A stretch of DNA of 64,000 nucleotides from Amoebidium appalachense (GCA_963693365.1 CAVNZM010000013.1:9056315-9120314), one strand, 5' to 3'. Positions 40,678-54,775 are shown, counted from the stretch's first letter. Numbers and translations: made by a program. Notes: generated from the letters alone by a model not told the origin.

Positions 40678-42292
40678 GAGTGTGTGTGTTCACGTTGGTT
40701 TCAAGTGAAATGAGGTTACGATGGGCGGGTGGCTGTTATCTGAGTCCCCCTCCCCTCCCTGCCCCAAACCCCTTCTCACCGCACCTGCTTCCTGGTCGAC
40801 TCCTGAGAGCACTCCTACCCGTTCTGGCAAGCAAGCAAACCCGTTTTGAAATGGGAAGGCAGCAGGTCGTGTAAGGGAGGCTAGGGATGGGGGAGGGAAA
40901 GACGGGCCTGGGAGAAACGGCAGGGTTCAACAGCTTGACGGACTGATGCATGGTGTTGGGCACTCAGTGCACTGATGTGTATTGACGATAACTGTAGCTC
41001 TGTAAGGGCGAAGTGGGGGGCCGGGGGAGGCATGACGTATACCTGGGGACGTATTCTGACTGGGATTCATGATGACCACGAAGTACGCTCCAGTCACAGG
41101 GAAACCACACCATGAGTTACGAGTACTATACTGGGTACGCCTGCAGAGGGTACGCCTACAAATTTGTAAAAAACAAGTTTTTTCCGACTACACGCATACG
41201 ACAGCTCTCGAGAGTATGGTGCCGGTAGTCTGTAGCACGCCAAAAAAGAAAAAAAGAAAAAAAATACTCCTCGTCGGCCGATTACCGAAATTCATCCCTC
41301 TTCCCCCCCGATTCACCAACGCTGCTTCTGAATGTCCTCAGCCTACCCTCTTTCAACCTGATTCTTCCTCTCGCTATCTCACTCCCTCTTTCTTTTCTCT
41401 TCCTGTTTTTTCTGCCTTTTCGCGTTATTACCATACCCAGTATAAGTTTCTTTCTCGTTCTGATAGAGAAATCAAAGGTAAAACTCAGTCGGCATGTGTT
41501 ATGTTCCTTAGGCAACACCGTACTGATCATTATCGCTTTTTTTTTCTTCTTTTGACTCGTTTTTATTGATCCGTTGATGAAGGCAACGTGCAGCCACAGG
41601 CTACAGTACCACCAATAGAACTGAAAAAGCCAAAGCAACGAAATAAAAATAAAGCGACAAGTGACAAAGGACACTGGCACCAGCGGGCAAAACCTTGCTC
41701 CAACTAGTCATATGCATCGATGTTGACCAGACCACACTCTGCCGCAGAAGACATCATTACTGCTGCTTCCCAACAGGCTCCCCTCAAAACCTACCAAGGC
41801 ACAGCAAGCAAGTCAGCCTCTAAAAGAGCAATGCAGACCAAATCTGAGCTAAAAAACAATCCCAACGGGCCCGGCCCCTAGATAACCCGGAGAAACTGCA
41901 TCTAGCTCTCTGATAAGGTGGCCTAGTTGTGGCAGGACACACAGAAAAACACAATTACAGAATGCATGCAAGCAAACCCGGTCATTGCCATACGACTGGA
42001 GGCTAAGGACTGGCAGTCACTTGGAAAGCTCCCCGACGACCAAGTAGCCGCCCCTCCACTCACGCAGCGCAGATGTAGCTGAAGAAGTTGCAGCAGCCCA
42101 CCGCCAATAGGTCGCGTAGAAGCATAGACAGCGTGTAGAAGTTACCATAGGTTGCAGTGGAACACCAGGTGTTGAAGAAACCAATTCTCAAGCGAGAAAC
42201 TCCGCGAAAGGGAGATGCCCGTGGCACACTCTCACAGCAGTAGGAATACACCAGGCCACACCACACACACGCTGCAGTCACGTTCCCCTGAG

Positions 42293-42629
42293 TGGGACTC
42301 CCTCCCACCACAAAAGGAAGAAACGAAAGCCTTTATATACCTGCCATGGTGAAGAATCGGGAAAAAAAGTTGACGTGACAGCTAAGAGATCGAAGTGAAA
42401 GTGAAGTCCAAAGGACTCCCTCCCACCACAAAAAGAAGAAACAAAAGCCTTTATATACCTGCCATGGTGAAGAAGCGGGAAAAAAAGTTGACGTGACAGC
42501 TAAGAGATCGAAGTGAAAGTGAAGTCCACCACAAAAAGAAGAAACAAAAGCCTTTATATACCTGCCATGGTGAAGAATCGGGCAAAAAAGTTGACGTGAC
42601 AGCTAAGAGATCGAAGTGAAAGTGAAGTC
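42293..42629. repeat. ~105-120-bp tandem triplication containing a TATA-like motif on the minus strand
   Basis: ccacaaaagaagaaacaaaagcctttatatacctgccatggtgaag...gaaagtgaagtcc x3. Confidence 0.85.
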
Positions 42630-43320
42630 CCTTTTGGGAGCTTTGGCAGGATATATTTCTCCTGCTGTACGTATGGATACCACCCTAGTAGATAAGTCTG
42701 TATGGTGCTCTGATGTTGATATTGCCTGGGAAGTTGTGCAGTGGCGTTGTAATTTTTGTTTCCATCGCCGCTGGTGCCACTTTTGTGCTGAACTTTTTAA
42801 TCGCAAGCATGTTGATAGGTTTGAGTTTTTATGTCGCGTTTTACCTCTTTCCCTACGGGTGTCTGCTACACTGGCTGGCAATGTGAACACTTTAGACTTT
42901 TTGTTGAATTCTGTTGGTCGTCACATTGAGTATTAATATGATTTTCACATAGTACCGATGCATATGCTATGTAGGCTCTGCACACACATCCTACCCCCCG
43001 TTTTTGGGAATTTTTTCTAGCTCGGAAATAATGCATCAACCAGCGCCCGACCCGACCGAGACACGTCCAAATTGGCGCTGGTTCAGTCAGTATAGGGGAG
43101 CGCCCAGGAGGGCGTTCGATGGCTGGGTCGGGCTTTGTGATGGCATGCGGAATAGGTTTATTTGGCTAGAATTTTTAGCCTTAGATGGCTTGACGGTGGA
43201 TTGCCGTCCAATCGCATCTAGGGAGAGGTGTATAAATGCAGCTCCACGAAAATCGGATGTCAAATAGTGTTTTTTGCAAGTTTTCCCGGGTACAGAAACT
43301 TTAAATTAAAATTTTGTGTT

Positions 43321-46300
43321 TGTTGTATGTACATAATGTATCAACGTGGAGGCTCCCAGGCACGGAAAGGAGACAAGACAGGCAAAGAGACACTGACCTC
43401 ATGATAAGGTGGGCGAGCCTGTATTGTCGGACGTGCGCGAGAGCTAAGACACGTGGCAGCAAGAAAGGATCAGACCTGCACGAGAAAGCGCCAGCGAGAG
43501 ACTGAGCTGGCATGATGCGTGCGGCAGGCTAGGGTCATGCCAGGGGGGTCTATCAGAGAGGGGGGTCTACTATAGGTGTCATCTTCCCATGATTATCGGC
43601 AAGACTTAGAAGTTGAGTTTTATATATGTTTATTAGTTTGTTGTAGTTTGTTTCCTTTTCCCTTTTCCTTTCTTCCTTTCTTTCTTTCCTTTCTGTTTCC
43701 GTGTACACCGATATCTTAGATCTGTGTACACATCGAAATATTTAGCCCGCGCACACGTATTGTTATTTGTGTCAATGTCTAAATATGTCGTCCAATCAGA
43801 TCTCGTTGTATTTTCCCAAATATAGTAACCTACATTCCTCATTAATTCTATTCGATTCCTTTCTCATTCCATTCCTTTCTATCCTCATTCCTTTTCCTTC
43901 TTTTCTCACGACGTAGCATTGTTCTATGTACTCCAACTATTAGGAATACTTATATTTAGACGTGTTATGTTAGGAACATGTATAAATATATGATGTGAAC
44001 TAATAGATACATAATTGGTTTCATTTTGTTAAATGTTTTCCGTACCTTTTATTAGAAGTTTACTTTCTTTAGAGGATTGCGTTTTATCTTCTATGAGTGT
44101 CGACAGGCATTTCGATCAATTTATTTTACCCTCATAGTTTTCGTCTTTCTGATTGGAAAATAGAGTTTTCGTTCTTTTGATTGGTTTATCGATTTCACAT
44201 TCCTGAGTATAAAAGGAACTTCACCTTGGAATAAATATGAAGCAGTCGAATCATTTCCTATGGCCCCAGTAATCGTTCCACCTCTCCGGTTGTGTTTTTC
44301 TCGTGTGTCTCTGTGTTGTGTATAACATAACACCCATCTGTGCACTCTGCTTCTCCGTTTACCCACACAAAACAACAGGTTTACGGCCCCTTTGCACGCT
44401 AACACACAATCTCGTTACAACCGCGAAATTCCTCCGTCTTACTGCTTCAACCATGACTGACAAACCGTCGTACATCAACCTTCCACAATGGAATCCGTCC
44501 GAGAAGAGAGATGAGAAACGTCTCAACTATTTCGAGTGGGAGCCACTCATCCACCGGTTCATAAGAACAACCATTGCCGAGAAATTCGTTGATGCCATCA
44601 AGAGGCCACAGTGGGTTGACGGCACTGATGCCAACCAGTGGCTAGGCTACGGCACCAAGGACTCCTACAAGAAAGCTTCCGACGTCCTCGACCAGATCCT
44701 CAACCAGTCCGTCCATCCGATAGAGCTCTACGACTCCGGCCGGATGCAAGACGGTGTTCACGGTGGAGAAGTCTTCCACAACCTGCGTATGGCTTATGTG
44801 GTAGAGAAGGAGGCCCGCGTCACCCAGATTCAAGTCACCTACGAGGAGCTTGAACTACGAGACTACCCCAACGTCACAGCGTACCTCACCCGCCTCCAAC
44901 GTCTGGCTACGACACTTGCCTGCCTCGACGAGCCCGTCCAACACAAGGATGTCGTACGCAAGTTCTTCCTTCACCTCCGCAAGAACACCGCCCTGGTCTG
45001 CAGTGACATTGAACGTCTCTGCTCAGACTACTGGATGAACAACAAGGCTTACCCGTCCTTCAACCAGCTCATCAGTGACATCCGAGGAGCTGAAATCCGT
45101 GCCGGCCTCATCGACGCAGGCACTGGTGCAACCGTCAACAACCGTCCTCTTCGAGCCCCCCAGAGCAGAATGCTCCCCTCCGGTGACCTCCGCAACCGTA
45201 TCCCTCGACGTGAGCATACACCTCACCGTTCCCCGTCCCGTTCCCGTGATCCTCATCCGTCCTCCAAGTCACCCGGCCCCCGTTCAACTTCCCCTTACCC
45301 CCGTGGTAACAGGGACAACCGTAACCGACAGCACAACAACAAGAGAGTGGAGTGTTCCTACTGCCATGAACCCCACCACATCACATCATGCCCAGAGCCT
45401 GGCTGTGCTGTTGCTCGTCGTGCCAACCAGGAGAAAGGCAACAAGAGTGTGCAATTTGCACTCATCTCCTCCACCGGCACACCTCACCGTAACGACCCCG
45501 TCTGGGACAGTGCTTGTAATGCACACATCTGCCCCATCAAGGAGTATTTCTCCACCCTTACCCCGTGTACCCCCATCCCCATTCAAGGCCTGGGCACCGT
45601 CAATGCCACACACCGTGGCATCATCAACATGACACTGCACTACAACGGCAACTCAACCCAGTGCAGCATCAACGCTCTCTACGTACCCGAGTCACCGTCC
45701 TTCCTCGTGTCTGCCTCCATGGCCTTAACTGACGGCCTCCTTGGTCATTGTGACGATGCAGACACCCATCCGTCGTTCCTCTACAGCCGTAATAGTGACA
45801 TTATTTCCGACCTCACCCCCCTCAACGGTCTCTACTACATCACCGACTACGTGATTGACACCCCTCAACACCCGTGGGTCCAAGCCTACACAGCAAGGAC
45901 TCATCCAACCGATGACATTACTCTTTGGCACAACCGTCTCGGCCACCGTGCCCTATCCACCGTCACCAGAATGGTCAAGGATGAGCTTGTCATCGGCATG
46001 CCCCCCTCCCTCAAGTCACCCGACAACAGTGACTGCTTCGGCTGCATGTCTGGCAAGACCACCAAGGCTCCATTTCCCGGCACCCGTTCCCGTTTCACCA
46101 TCCCCGGTGCTAAGTGGCACCTGGACTTCTTCGAAGCTCCCTGTGCTTCCTACGGAGGCTACAAGGTTGCTCTGGTGTGTGTTTGTGATGCCACCGGTTA
46201 CACCACCGTGTTCCCCCCCTACAACCGTGCTGAAACCCTCAGCTACATTCAGTCTCTCGTTGAAACCGTCGAACGTCAGACCCCTGAGATCGTCACCCAT

Positions 46301-46940
46301 CTTCGGTTTGACTCCGGCTCCGAGTTCACATCCAAGGACACCGAAGCCTACTGCAAGCAGAAAGGCATCATCATGGAGTTTGCCCCTGTCGACACACCAC
46401 AGCACAACGGTGTAGTTGAACGGAAGATGAGAGACCTGCAAGAGACAGTCCGTTGCTTCCTCCATGCCGACAAGGACCAACCTCTCTCTCCCAAGTTGTG
46501 GGTTGCTGCTCTCAAGCATGCTGGCTACATCATCAACGTCACACCGTCATCTGCTGCCAACGGCAACACCCCCTTGAGGCCTTCCACGGCTTCAAACCTG
46601 ACGTCTCCCAGCTCCACGTGTTCGGCTCCCCTGGCTATGTGCATGTTCCCCGATCCAAGAGGATCAAGCTTGCATCAACCGTCAGAGTCGGCACCTACGT
46701 CGGCTGCCAGTGGGATTTGCCCTCGAAGGCACACAAGATCCTCGACCATTCCAGCAACCAGGTCAAGATCTGCCGTGACGTCATCTTTGACGAGTCAAAA
46801 TTCACGAGCAGCACCAATCAGCCTGAGGTCCCCCGATCCCCCCAAACCCGATCTGCCAACATTGGACCCCCCCTCCGACGACGACGATGAAATTCCGTCT
46901 GTGGTCTTCACCCAACCGTCCTGGCACATCAGCAAACTTC
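43321..46940 (+). mobile_element. Ty1/Copia LTR retrotransposon, 3'-truncated (probable 5' LTR ~43321-44377, PBS-like 44378-44390)
   Basis: TGTTG...CAACA-bounded region followed by GGTTTACGGCCCC and a gag-PR-IN ORF. RT/RNaseH and the 3' LTR are absent, so the LTR start is unverified. Confidence 0.85.
44453..46890 (+). pseudogene. Copia gag-protease-integrase polyprotein, frameshifted near 46575 and truncated before RT
   Basis: Zn knuckle CSYCHEPHHITSC; protease WDSACNAH; LWHNRLGH...CFGC; DDE core WHLDF / RFDSGSEF / NGVVERKMR. Continues in another frame as EAFHGFKPDVSQLHVFGS...CRDVIFDES. Confidence 0.9.
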
Positions 46941-47895
46941 CCGGAAGTATTGCCAACGTATTTTTTGCTAATGGAGCTATTGGCGATATTGGCAATAGAA
47001 CCCCTTGCCGCCAATAGGAACGCCATATTGCAATAATATTGCTTTGGTATTGTCAATGGTAATACAGTACCAATACCCTCTATTGTCGATATCCCGCTGA
47101 TATGAATATATTATCCAGTATATGTTACATCAATATCGCCAATACATTAGATTGCCATTACATTACCATTGCATTACTATTGCGCTAGCATTATAGACGT
47201 ATTGCCAATATCAATTATACCCGGGCGATATTACAATAACAACCAAATAATATCAAAAATACAGATAATGATATGGATAATACTGTATTTTCGCATTGTA
47301 GTTGCACTATGAACGCATTATTAATGTATTGCCAATATGTAATTCATAGAAATACAAAGATTTAAATATCAAGAAACATATAAACAATGTATTGCCAACA
47401 TATGATCCAACTATAATCAATATATAAATGCGGTATCGCCGATAGGTTGCTTATATATCGTGAGTATATTGATGACATAAACAGAGGTATGATTAATACA
47501 CTCCCAACACATTACAAATAAGAAATATGTCACGTATGTTCCATATCAAGCATATATTGCCAACATACGAATGATACCACCACCATAAAGATATAAGTGT
47601 TGATAATGCATTACATATATATTATAAATATCACACTATATTATCCAAATACATTGCCAATAAATTGATAATGGGAACGAATGCATGCAAAGTACAGTAT
47701 AAGTGCGCTTATAATATGAAAGGCATATCGGAGTAACGTCTTATATCTAAGAATAATACGTATGACGAACATTGCCAATGTATTAACAATAACTTTATTG
47801 ATACCTCAATCACATGCTCAATATATTGGCAATATGCACACGGTAGGGTAAGCACAGCCCCATGATCATTGTCAATGTATTGCCAATGTATTGCA
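46941..47895. repeat. AT-rich segment with many dispersed TATTGCCAAT-like motifs in both orientations (possible DNA transposon end)
   Basis: More than 12 variants of (t/c)attgccaa(t/c) or its complement; abrupt composition change where the Copia coding sequence stops. Confidence 0.5.
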
Positions 47896-48277
47896 CATGT
47901 CGACATCCATACGTGTTCCGTATGGTCACTTTATTAACTTCGGTTGGATAGTGGCATCAAGCACACAAGTAAACAACACAACTAATATACCACCCCAGGT
48001 GGCATCCTACAGCACACAAGTTAACAACACAACTAACATACCACCCCAGGTGGCATCCATTCTCTACTATCTACTTTATCTCGCATCTCGTATCAACATT
48101 ACTCTTATGCAAACAAAAAATACCAAAAAGAATCATGACAAAAAAAGAAGAAAAAAGAAGAAAAAAGAAAAAGAAAACTACCACACAAGCACAACAGGCT
48201 GGGCTGGGGCAACACAGAAACGAAAAACGGAAACAACAGCAGCCATAGGACAAAGAGCCGGTACCCACCTCTAGAGT

Positions 48278-49545
48278 GGCAAAAAAAGAGTCGACAGAAC
48301 GAACCTCAAACATAGTAAGGACGGAAACCCGGACCAGAACTTATAAGTCTAGAGAAGCAGAAAATAGCTTGAACGACTGGTGGAGGGGATGATAGCTATA
48401 GTGCTAACAGCAAAAGTAGTGCCCACAGTCGCTGGTTCATGAACGTGAAAAGGCAACGTGCATCTGCAGCCAGCAGGCACACGCACACGCACGCACACAC
48501 ATACACACACACGCACACAGACACAGACATAATCACAGGCACGGACACAGACCAGACAGACAAACGCCACATGCACAAAAGCAGGCAACACAAACCTAAC
48601 CTTCAAACGGCCTTTCAGCCGTTAGGCGAAGAAGAGGCAGCATGCAGCATGGTCGAAACCATCCAGCACGGTGGCTGCGCGACCTGCGGAGGGCAAAAAA
48701 AGAGTCGACAGAACCAACCTCAAACTTAGTAAGGACGGAAACCCGGACCAGAACTTATGAAGTCTAGAGAAGCAGAAAATAGCTTGAACGACTGGGGGAG
48801 GGGATGATAGCTATAGTGCTAACAGCAAAAGTAGTGCCCACAGTCGCTGGTTCATGAACGTGAAAAGGCAACGTGCATCTGCAGCCAGCAGGCACACGCA
48901 CACGCACGCACACACATACACACACACGCACACAGACACAGACACAGACACAGACATAATCACAGGCACGGACACAGACCAGACAGACAAACGCCACATG
49001 CACAAAAGCAGGCAACACAAAACTAACCTTCAAACGGCCTTTCAGCCGTTAGGCGAAGAAGCTGCAGCATGCAGCATGGTCGAAACCATTCAGCACGGTG
49101 GCTGCGCGACCTGCGGAGGGCAAAAAAAAGAGTCGACAGAACCAACCTCAAACATAGTAAGGACGGAAACCCGGACCAGAACTTATGGAGTCTAGAGAAG
49201 CAGAAAATAGCTTGAACGACTGGTGGAAGGGATGATAGCTATAGTGCTAACAGCAAAAGTAGTGCCCACAGTCGCTGATTCATGAACGTCAAAAGGCAAC
49301 GTGCATCTGCAGCCAGCAGGCACACGCACACGCACGCACACACATACAATCACACGCACACCGACACAGACACAGACACAGACATAATCACAGGCACGGA
49401 CACAGACCAGACAGACAAACGCCACATGCACAAAAGCAGGCAACACAAAACTAACCTTCAAACGGCCTTTCAGCCGTTAGGTGAAGAAGCTGCAGCATGC
49501 AGCATGGTCGAAACCATTCAGCACGGTGGCTGCGCGACCTGCGGA
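48278..49545. repeat. ~415-428-bp tandem repeat x3, followed by short gcgacctgc repeats to ~49665
   Basis: Three near-identical units starting ggcaaaaaaagagtcgacagaac, differing mainly in an internal microsatellite. Confidence 0.92.
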
Positions 49546-50279
49546 TGGGACCTGTGACCAGGCGACCTGCGGGAGGCGACCTGCGGGAAGGGAACTGCGA
49601 CCAGGCGACCTGCAGGAAGGGACCTGCGACCAGGCGACCTGCGGGAAATGACCTGCGGACCTGCGTGAAGGGGGAAGAGAAATGGAGCAAACAACGTGCG
49701 TACAGGCTTAAACGGACAAAAAATTGCAAACCGGATTGGGTTTAGCCAATCACTATTTGCTATCAGAAGCGGATTCCCATGGTGTACATAATGTGATTGG
49801 ATCGATTCTCGGCGGATCGGTGAGGTTGGCGATATGGTGGACATATTTCGGACACCGTTGCCATACGTTCCGACGGAGCTTAAGTTATAACGTTAACGCT
49901 GTTTACTCGAGGCCTATCCCCGCTTTACGTAGAAAGGTCATGTGTGGGGGAAGATGTGAACACCCAGACGTGTATGTACACCCGGTCAGGCCTGTGTACT
50001 CGTTGTTATGTTAATAGTTGGTTGATGGAGTACATCTTCAACGCGACGTATACACGCGTGCGTGCGATTCAGGAAGGGGTCCCAATATGGCTCTCGTATT
50101 ATTTATATTCGTGTGATATATATATTCTATGTACTATCTATTACCAATATACGTTACGTATTGGTACAATATCACCAATACTAATTAAATATCGTCACGC
50201 GTGATGGTGATGGCATCCATGTAGCTCTGCAGCAGTGTGTGTGTGTGGTGCGTGTGTGTGTGGTGTGGAGAGGCGGCCT

Positions 50280-50310
<31 letters not shown>

Positions 50311-50319
50311 GGGCCCGGT

Positions 50320-50357
<38 letters not shown>

Positions 50358-50639
50358 TAGGCAAATACCAGACAGTGATGCATAATTGCACATTCTTTTG
50401 CAGCTACAGTTTGATGATATTTACCCACCGTGTGCACCACACATGTGACCCCAGTCTTCCGAGGTGGTGTCACAGGTGGGCGCCAACACCAATAAATTGA
50501 CTGGTGACGGGTGTAAAACCAAAGAAACTCAGCAGCACATATAATAACGTTGATGCTATACCCTGCCTAGTTAACGTAATATTAAGTGCACCATCGCACG
50601 CGTGACCCCCTCCCCCCCCCCCCCCCCCCCCCCCGGGGT

Positions 50640-51085
50640 GTTTTTGCCGCGCGGTACCCCTGATATTGTAGGTGTACACTGCCCCCACAACCCCAACTGT
50701 GTGCTAAATATCTCGTGCTAGGAAACCAATAACGCGAAACTAACACATGCCGCATGATATATGATATATATGGTACAAGGGGGGTTTCAATCCGGGCTAC
50801 AATGATGTGTTTTTTTCGTGTGACCCTCGTACTCCAGAGGCACATTCACCATCCCCCCATAAACTTTGTGGTAAATTTCTCGTGCTAGAAGCTGTTCTGT
50901 GGGTAGTTAATGAAAAAACCAATAATGTCTAGGTAACACATGTACATATACTATGCTACAAGGGGTTCTATAGAGCTACACTTGTGGTTGTGTGCCCTCG
51001 TACTCCAGGGGCTTCACCATCCCCACCATAAACTTTGTGGTAAATGTCTCGTGCTAGAAGCTGTTCTGTGGGTAGTTATTGAAAA
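50640..51085. repeat. ~183-bp satellite, left (more diverged) portion
   Basis: Same unit as 56547-59131; interrupted mid-unit by the Ngaro-like element. Confidence 0.85.
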
Positions 51086-51225
51086 GGTTTTATTTGTGGA
51101 AATTATTGACATAAATATTTTTCTGGGTAAACACGTAGGACGGGTGTTCGATACCAACATAACCATGTAGGCTTCATTTCGTGTTTTAGCAGTTCGCGGT
51201 TGGCTGCCCGCACACGGGCACCTAT

Positions 51226-51347
51226 TAGCCAATCAAAACATCAGATACCACAGATCACTAGAGCGAGTTATGATTGGCTCGGATCAGATTTCACATATCA
51301 CTAGATCGATTTTGATTGGCTCAGATCGGTAGGCTTAGGTATATAAG
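51226..51347 (+). promoter_or_regulatory. Putative Pol II promoter within repeat A
   Basis: AGCCAATC, two GATTGGCT (inverted CCAAT) and GGTATATAAG about 120 bp upstream of the gag ATG; conserved in all three A copies. Confidence 0.5.
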
Positions 51348-51464
51348 CACGACAGTTTTTAGCAGATCAGCAAGCTACAAACACATCTTCTGTGTTTAGC
51401 ATCCACAGCCTTACAGCTATATATTCCTTTTCACTCTCCCTATCTTTCCCTACGCCGGTCAACA

Positions 51465-52635
51465 TGCCGCCGAAAAAAGCGCCAGGCCTCAGCCACCGCC
51501 CCTGCCGCGGCACCTAAGCGCCTGACCCGCAGCGACCTCCGCCACAGGCTGACCAACGCTCCCGCGGACACTGACGCGCCTCCAGCGGCCCATACCACCA
51601 CGGACCCGGACCCGCCGGCTACTCTCCCCCTCCACTCCTGAAGTCCCCCCTCAGGCCCCGCCGTCCCCGCAGATGACTTCTCAAGACGCCGTCCTTGCCG
51701 CCCTCACCGCCATCAGCACCCAGATGGCTGGCGTCCTGGCTGCTCTCACCAACCGCGACCCTCCCGCGCCCCCCGCCGCGCCCTCCGCACCCGGGGAGGT
51801 TTCCCCGGGGCTGCATCTCGGCCCTGACCTAGACCTACCTGCCCTGCCCGCGCCCCCCATCACAGGTGAGAACACTGGCGACATTCAGCCGGGCACACTC
51901 CCGCTTCCCCCCGCGGATGTGCTGGCAGATTTGCGCGCCAATCGTTTCGTTGACCTGTATAAGTTCACCCCCGCCGCCCTCCTGGCCCCATCCAAGAAAG
52001 GTCAGCATCTGCGCATGGCCGACGACGGCAGCATCGAGACTTTTCGCCAAGACAAACCCGTTCCCCTGCGTTCACTCGTCATTTGGATCCAAGCTTGGAC
52101 CCATTACATGGCCGCCAAGCACCACCTCGGCCTCCCCACGGACAAAGACGTACTTTGGACTCAGCACATCACTCGCCTCAGCACCCGATACCCGTGGGCC
52201 CAGATCCACAACTATGACGTGTACGCCCGCACCGTTGCCCACCAGCAGGGTCGGGCTCCGATCGAGTGTCCCAACCTGCTCGCCCAACTCCACCAGGATC
52301 TCCTTCTGCCACCCACTCTGCTCATCCCGGACGCATGTCAGCGCTGTGGCTTCCCCGACCACCCCAGCGCGGCCTGCCCCATGTACCCCAAGCCCGGCTG
52401 TGGTCTTGACGGCTTTAAGCCGCCCCACAAGCCCGGCGGGGGTCAAACCCCTAACCGCCCTGGCCCGCAACCCGGCCCGGCAAAACCGGCCCGACCCGTG
52501 GATCTACCCGCGACGCACTGCAGGAATTTCCACATTAACGGTCGGTCCTGCGCTAAGCAGCCCTGCCCCTTCTCCCACGTGTGCCCGCTCTGCTCTGGCA
52601 CACACCCCCGCAAAGACTGCAAGCACAATGCCTAG
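51465..52635 (+). CDS. Ngaro-like gag (ORF1); 5' end carries two +1 indels relative to copy 2, open from 51673
   Basis: C-terminal Zn fingers CQRCGFPDHPSAAC, CRNFH...C...CPFSH and CPLCSGTHPRKDC; the intact N-terminus MPPKKRQ is seen in copy 2. Confidence 0.8.
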
Positions 52636-52933
52636 TCTACGAGCACACCCACACACACAGCTAGAACATAGGGGTTAGGAGCTAGGACACACGAGTACAG
52701 GGAAACGGAGCTCGGGAGAACGGGCCAATAGGGCTGAGTACAAAATTTCGCAGGCCAACTACGGCGCCCGCGCGCGTCAAGAATAAATGTCCCTACACAA
52801 AGACGTTTATTCGGGCCACTGCACATAATTTTACTCCCCCCCCCATCCCACGAGCCTCCCCCCCCCCCCCTTACACTCACCTAGCACTCCCTCCCCCCCC
52901 TTCTTCTACCTCTGTGTCCGTCCACACCCCCGC

Positions 52934-53028
52934 GTGCTCGGGCACATTCCCCTGCACAGGGCCCCGCTGCCCTCCCTGCCAACCCTCACTTGGGCCCAGC
53001 GGCCCTACTCTAACCCCCCGGGGCCCTG

Positions 53029-53092
<64 letters not shown>

Positions 53093-54775
53093 CTGCCGGG
53101 ATCTCCCCGAGGGTGCCCCACCCTTGCTAACCACCCCTTCCCCCGAGGCTCAGACCCGGAGGCCCGCCCGCTGCCCCAGCACCACATTGACACCTCCCGC
53201 CTCCGGGAACTGCTGGCCTCCTACCCAGACCAATCATTCGCCGCACAACTCCTCCACGATGTCGAATTCGGTGTCGACATCGGCTATCGCGGCCCCTCCA
53301 CCTCTCGGGTGGGCCCCAACCTACCCACCACCCCGGAGGCAGCTGCCGCTATCACGGCGGACATTGCCAAAGAAGTCGCCCTCGGCCACCTGCGCGGCCC
53401 CCTCTCCCCGACCCAATTCTTTGACGACTTTCCGATCCACCGTTCCTCCCCCATCGGCGCCGTTACCAAGAAAGGGAACCCCCCCAAGTACCGTCGAATC
53501 CACCACCTCTCCTGGCCCCGGAGTAGCAGTGTCAATGACAGCATCACCTACCCCGACGAACTTCAGTACATTCGCGCCCGGGATGTCACCCAGCTCATTC
53601 TCGACGCAGGCCCCGGCTGCTACATGGCCGTGGCAGATGTGCAGGCTGCCTTCCGGCACATGCCCATCCGACCAGAAGACCATCACTTAATGGCATTCAA
53701 ATGGCAGGGGCATTTTTACGTTGAAACCAGACTGCCCTTCGGCCTGAAATCTAGCCCAGCCATCTGGGAACGGATCGCGGCCACCCTACAGTGGCTGGCA
53801 CACCAGCACGGTATTACCCTCATCCGCCACTACGTAGACGACTGGATTATAGTCGCCCCCACACAAGAGCAGTGCCAACGTCACCTATCCACCTTCCTGC
53901 AACTCTGCCGAGAGCTGCACATTGCCATCTCCGAAGACAAGATGCAGGGCCCGGCTACCCGTGTCGTCTTCATCGGTATCGAATTCGACTCCATCGCCAT
54001 GGAGGCACGAATCCCGGCTTCCAAGCTCTCGGACCTACTCGACCTCACTTCCCACCCAAAGCCCACCATCACCATTCGGGACCTCCAGTCCCTCCTCGGC
54101 AAACTCACCTGGTGTGCCCAGCTGGTTCCCCCCGGGAGGGCCTTCTCCCAGCGCCTATGGGCCCTTCTCCGGACCCACCCACACCTTGCCGGCCACCACC
54201 ACATACGACTGACTGCTGCCGCCCGGGCCGACATAGCCGAATGGCACCAGTTCCTCACATCATGGAATGGGGTGCACCTCATCACACCCCCCACATACAC
54301 CACCCTGGCCACCGATGCTGCCGGATCGGTGGGTCTAGGAGGTCACTGGCTCGACCAATGGTTCTTCATGCCCTGGTCCCCCTCCACCCAAGCCCTCTAT
54401 GCTCATGAGGGTAAACTCGGTTCTTCCGTCATCGAACTCCTGGCCATCGCAGCCGCCGTGGCCCTCTGGGCCCCCTCCTGGTCCACCCACCATGTCCGTA
54501 TTTTATGCGACAACACGGGTGCTGTGTCTGACCTGCACTCCCGGTCTTCCCCCCACCCCGTGATGGCCAAACTTATTCGGTTCATCACCCGCATGGAAAT
54601 GCAATACCAATTTACGTTACAGGCATCCTACCTACCAGGACCCCTCAACCATCTGGCCGATGCCATTTCTCGTAACCAACTTCCCCGGGCCCGACGACTC
54701 CGACCTTCCCTGCAACCGGAGCCCTGCCCCTTCCCCTCCTGGGTCCACGAGTTCCTATCCCTTCCCTTGGGCTAA
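52934..54775 (+). CDS. Reverse transcriptase / RNase H (DIRS/Ngaro type); no ATG upstream of the RT core
   Basis: SSPIGAVTKK...YRRIHHLS, DVQAAFRH, LPFGLKSSP, YVDD; RNaseH ATDAAG, ELLAI, CDN, ADAISR. Confidence 0.93.

Noticed and set aside
42380-42408. Minimal hammerhead in the triplicated unit (ctaagag...gaaa...gtc)
   Set aside because: The invariant G5 of CUGANGA is missing and stems II and III do not pair.
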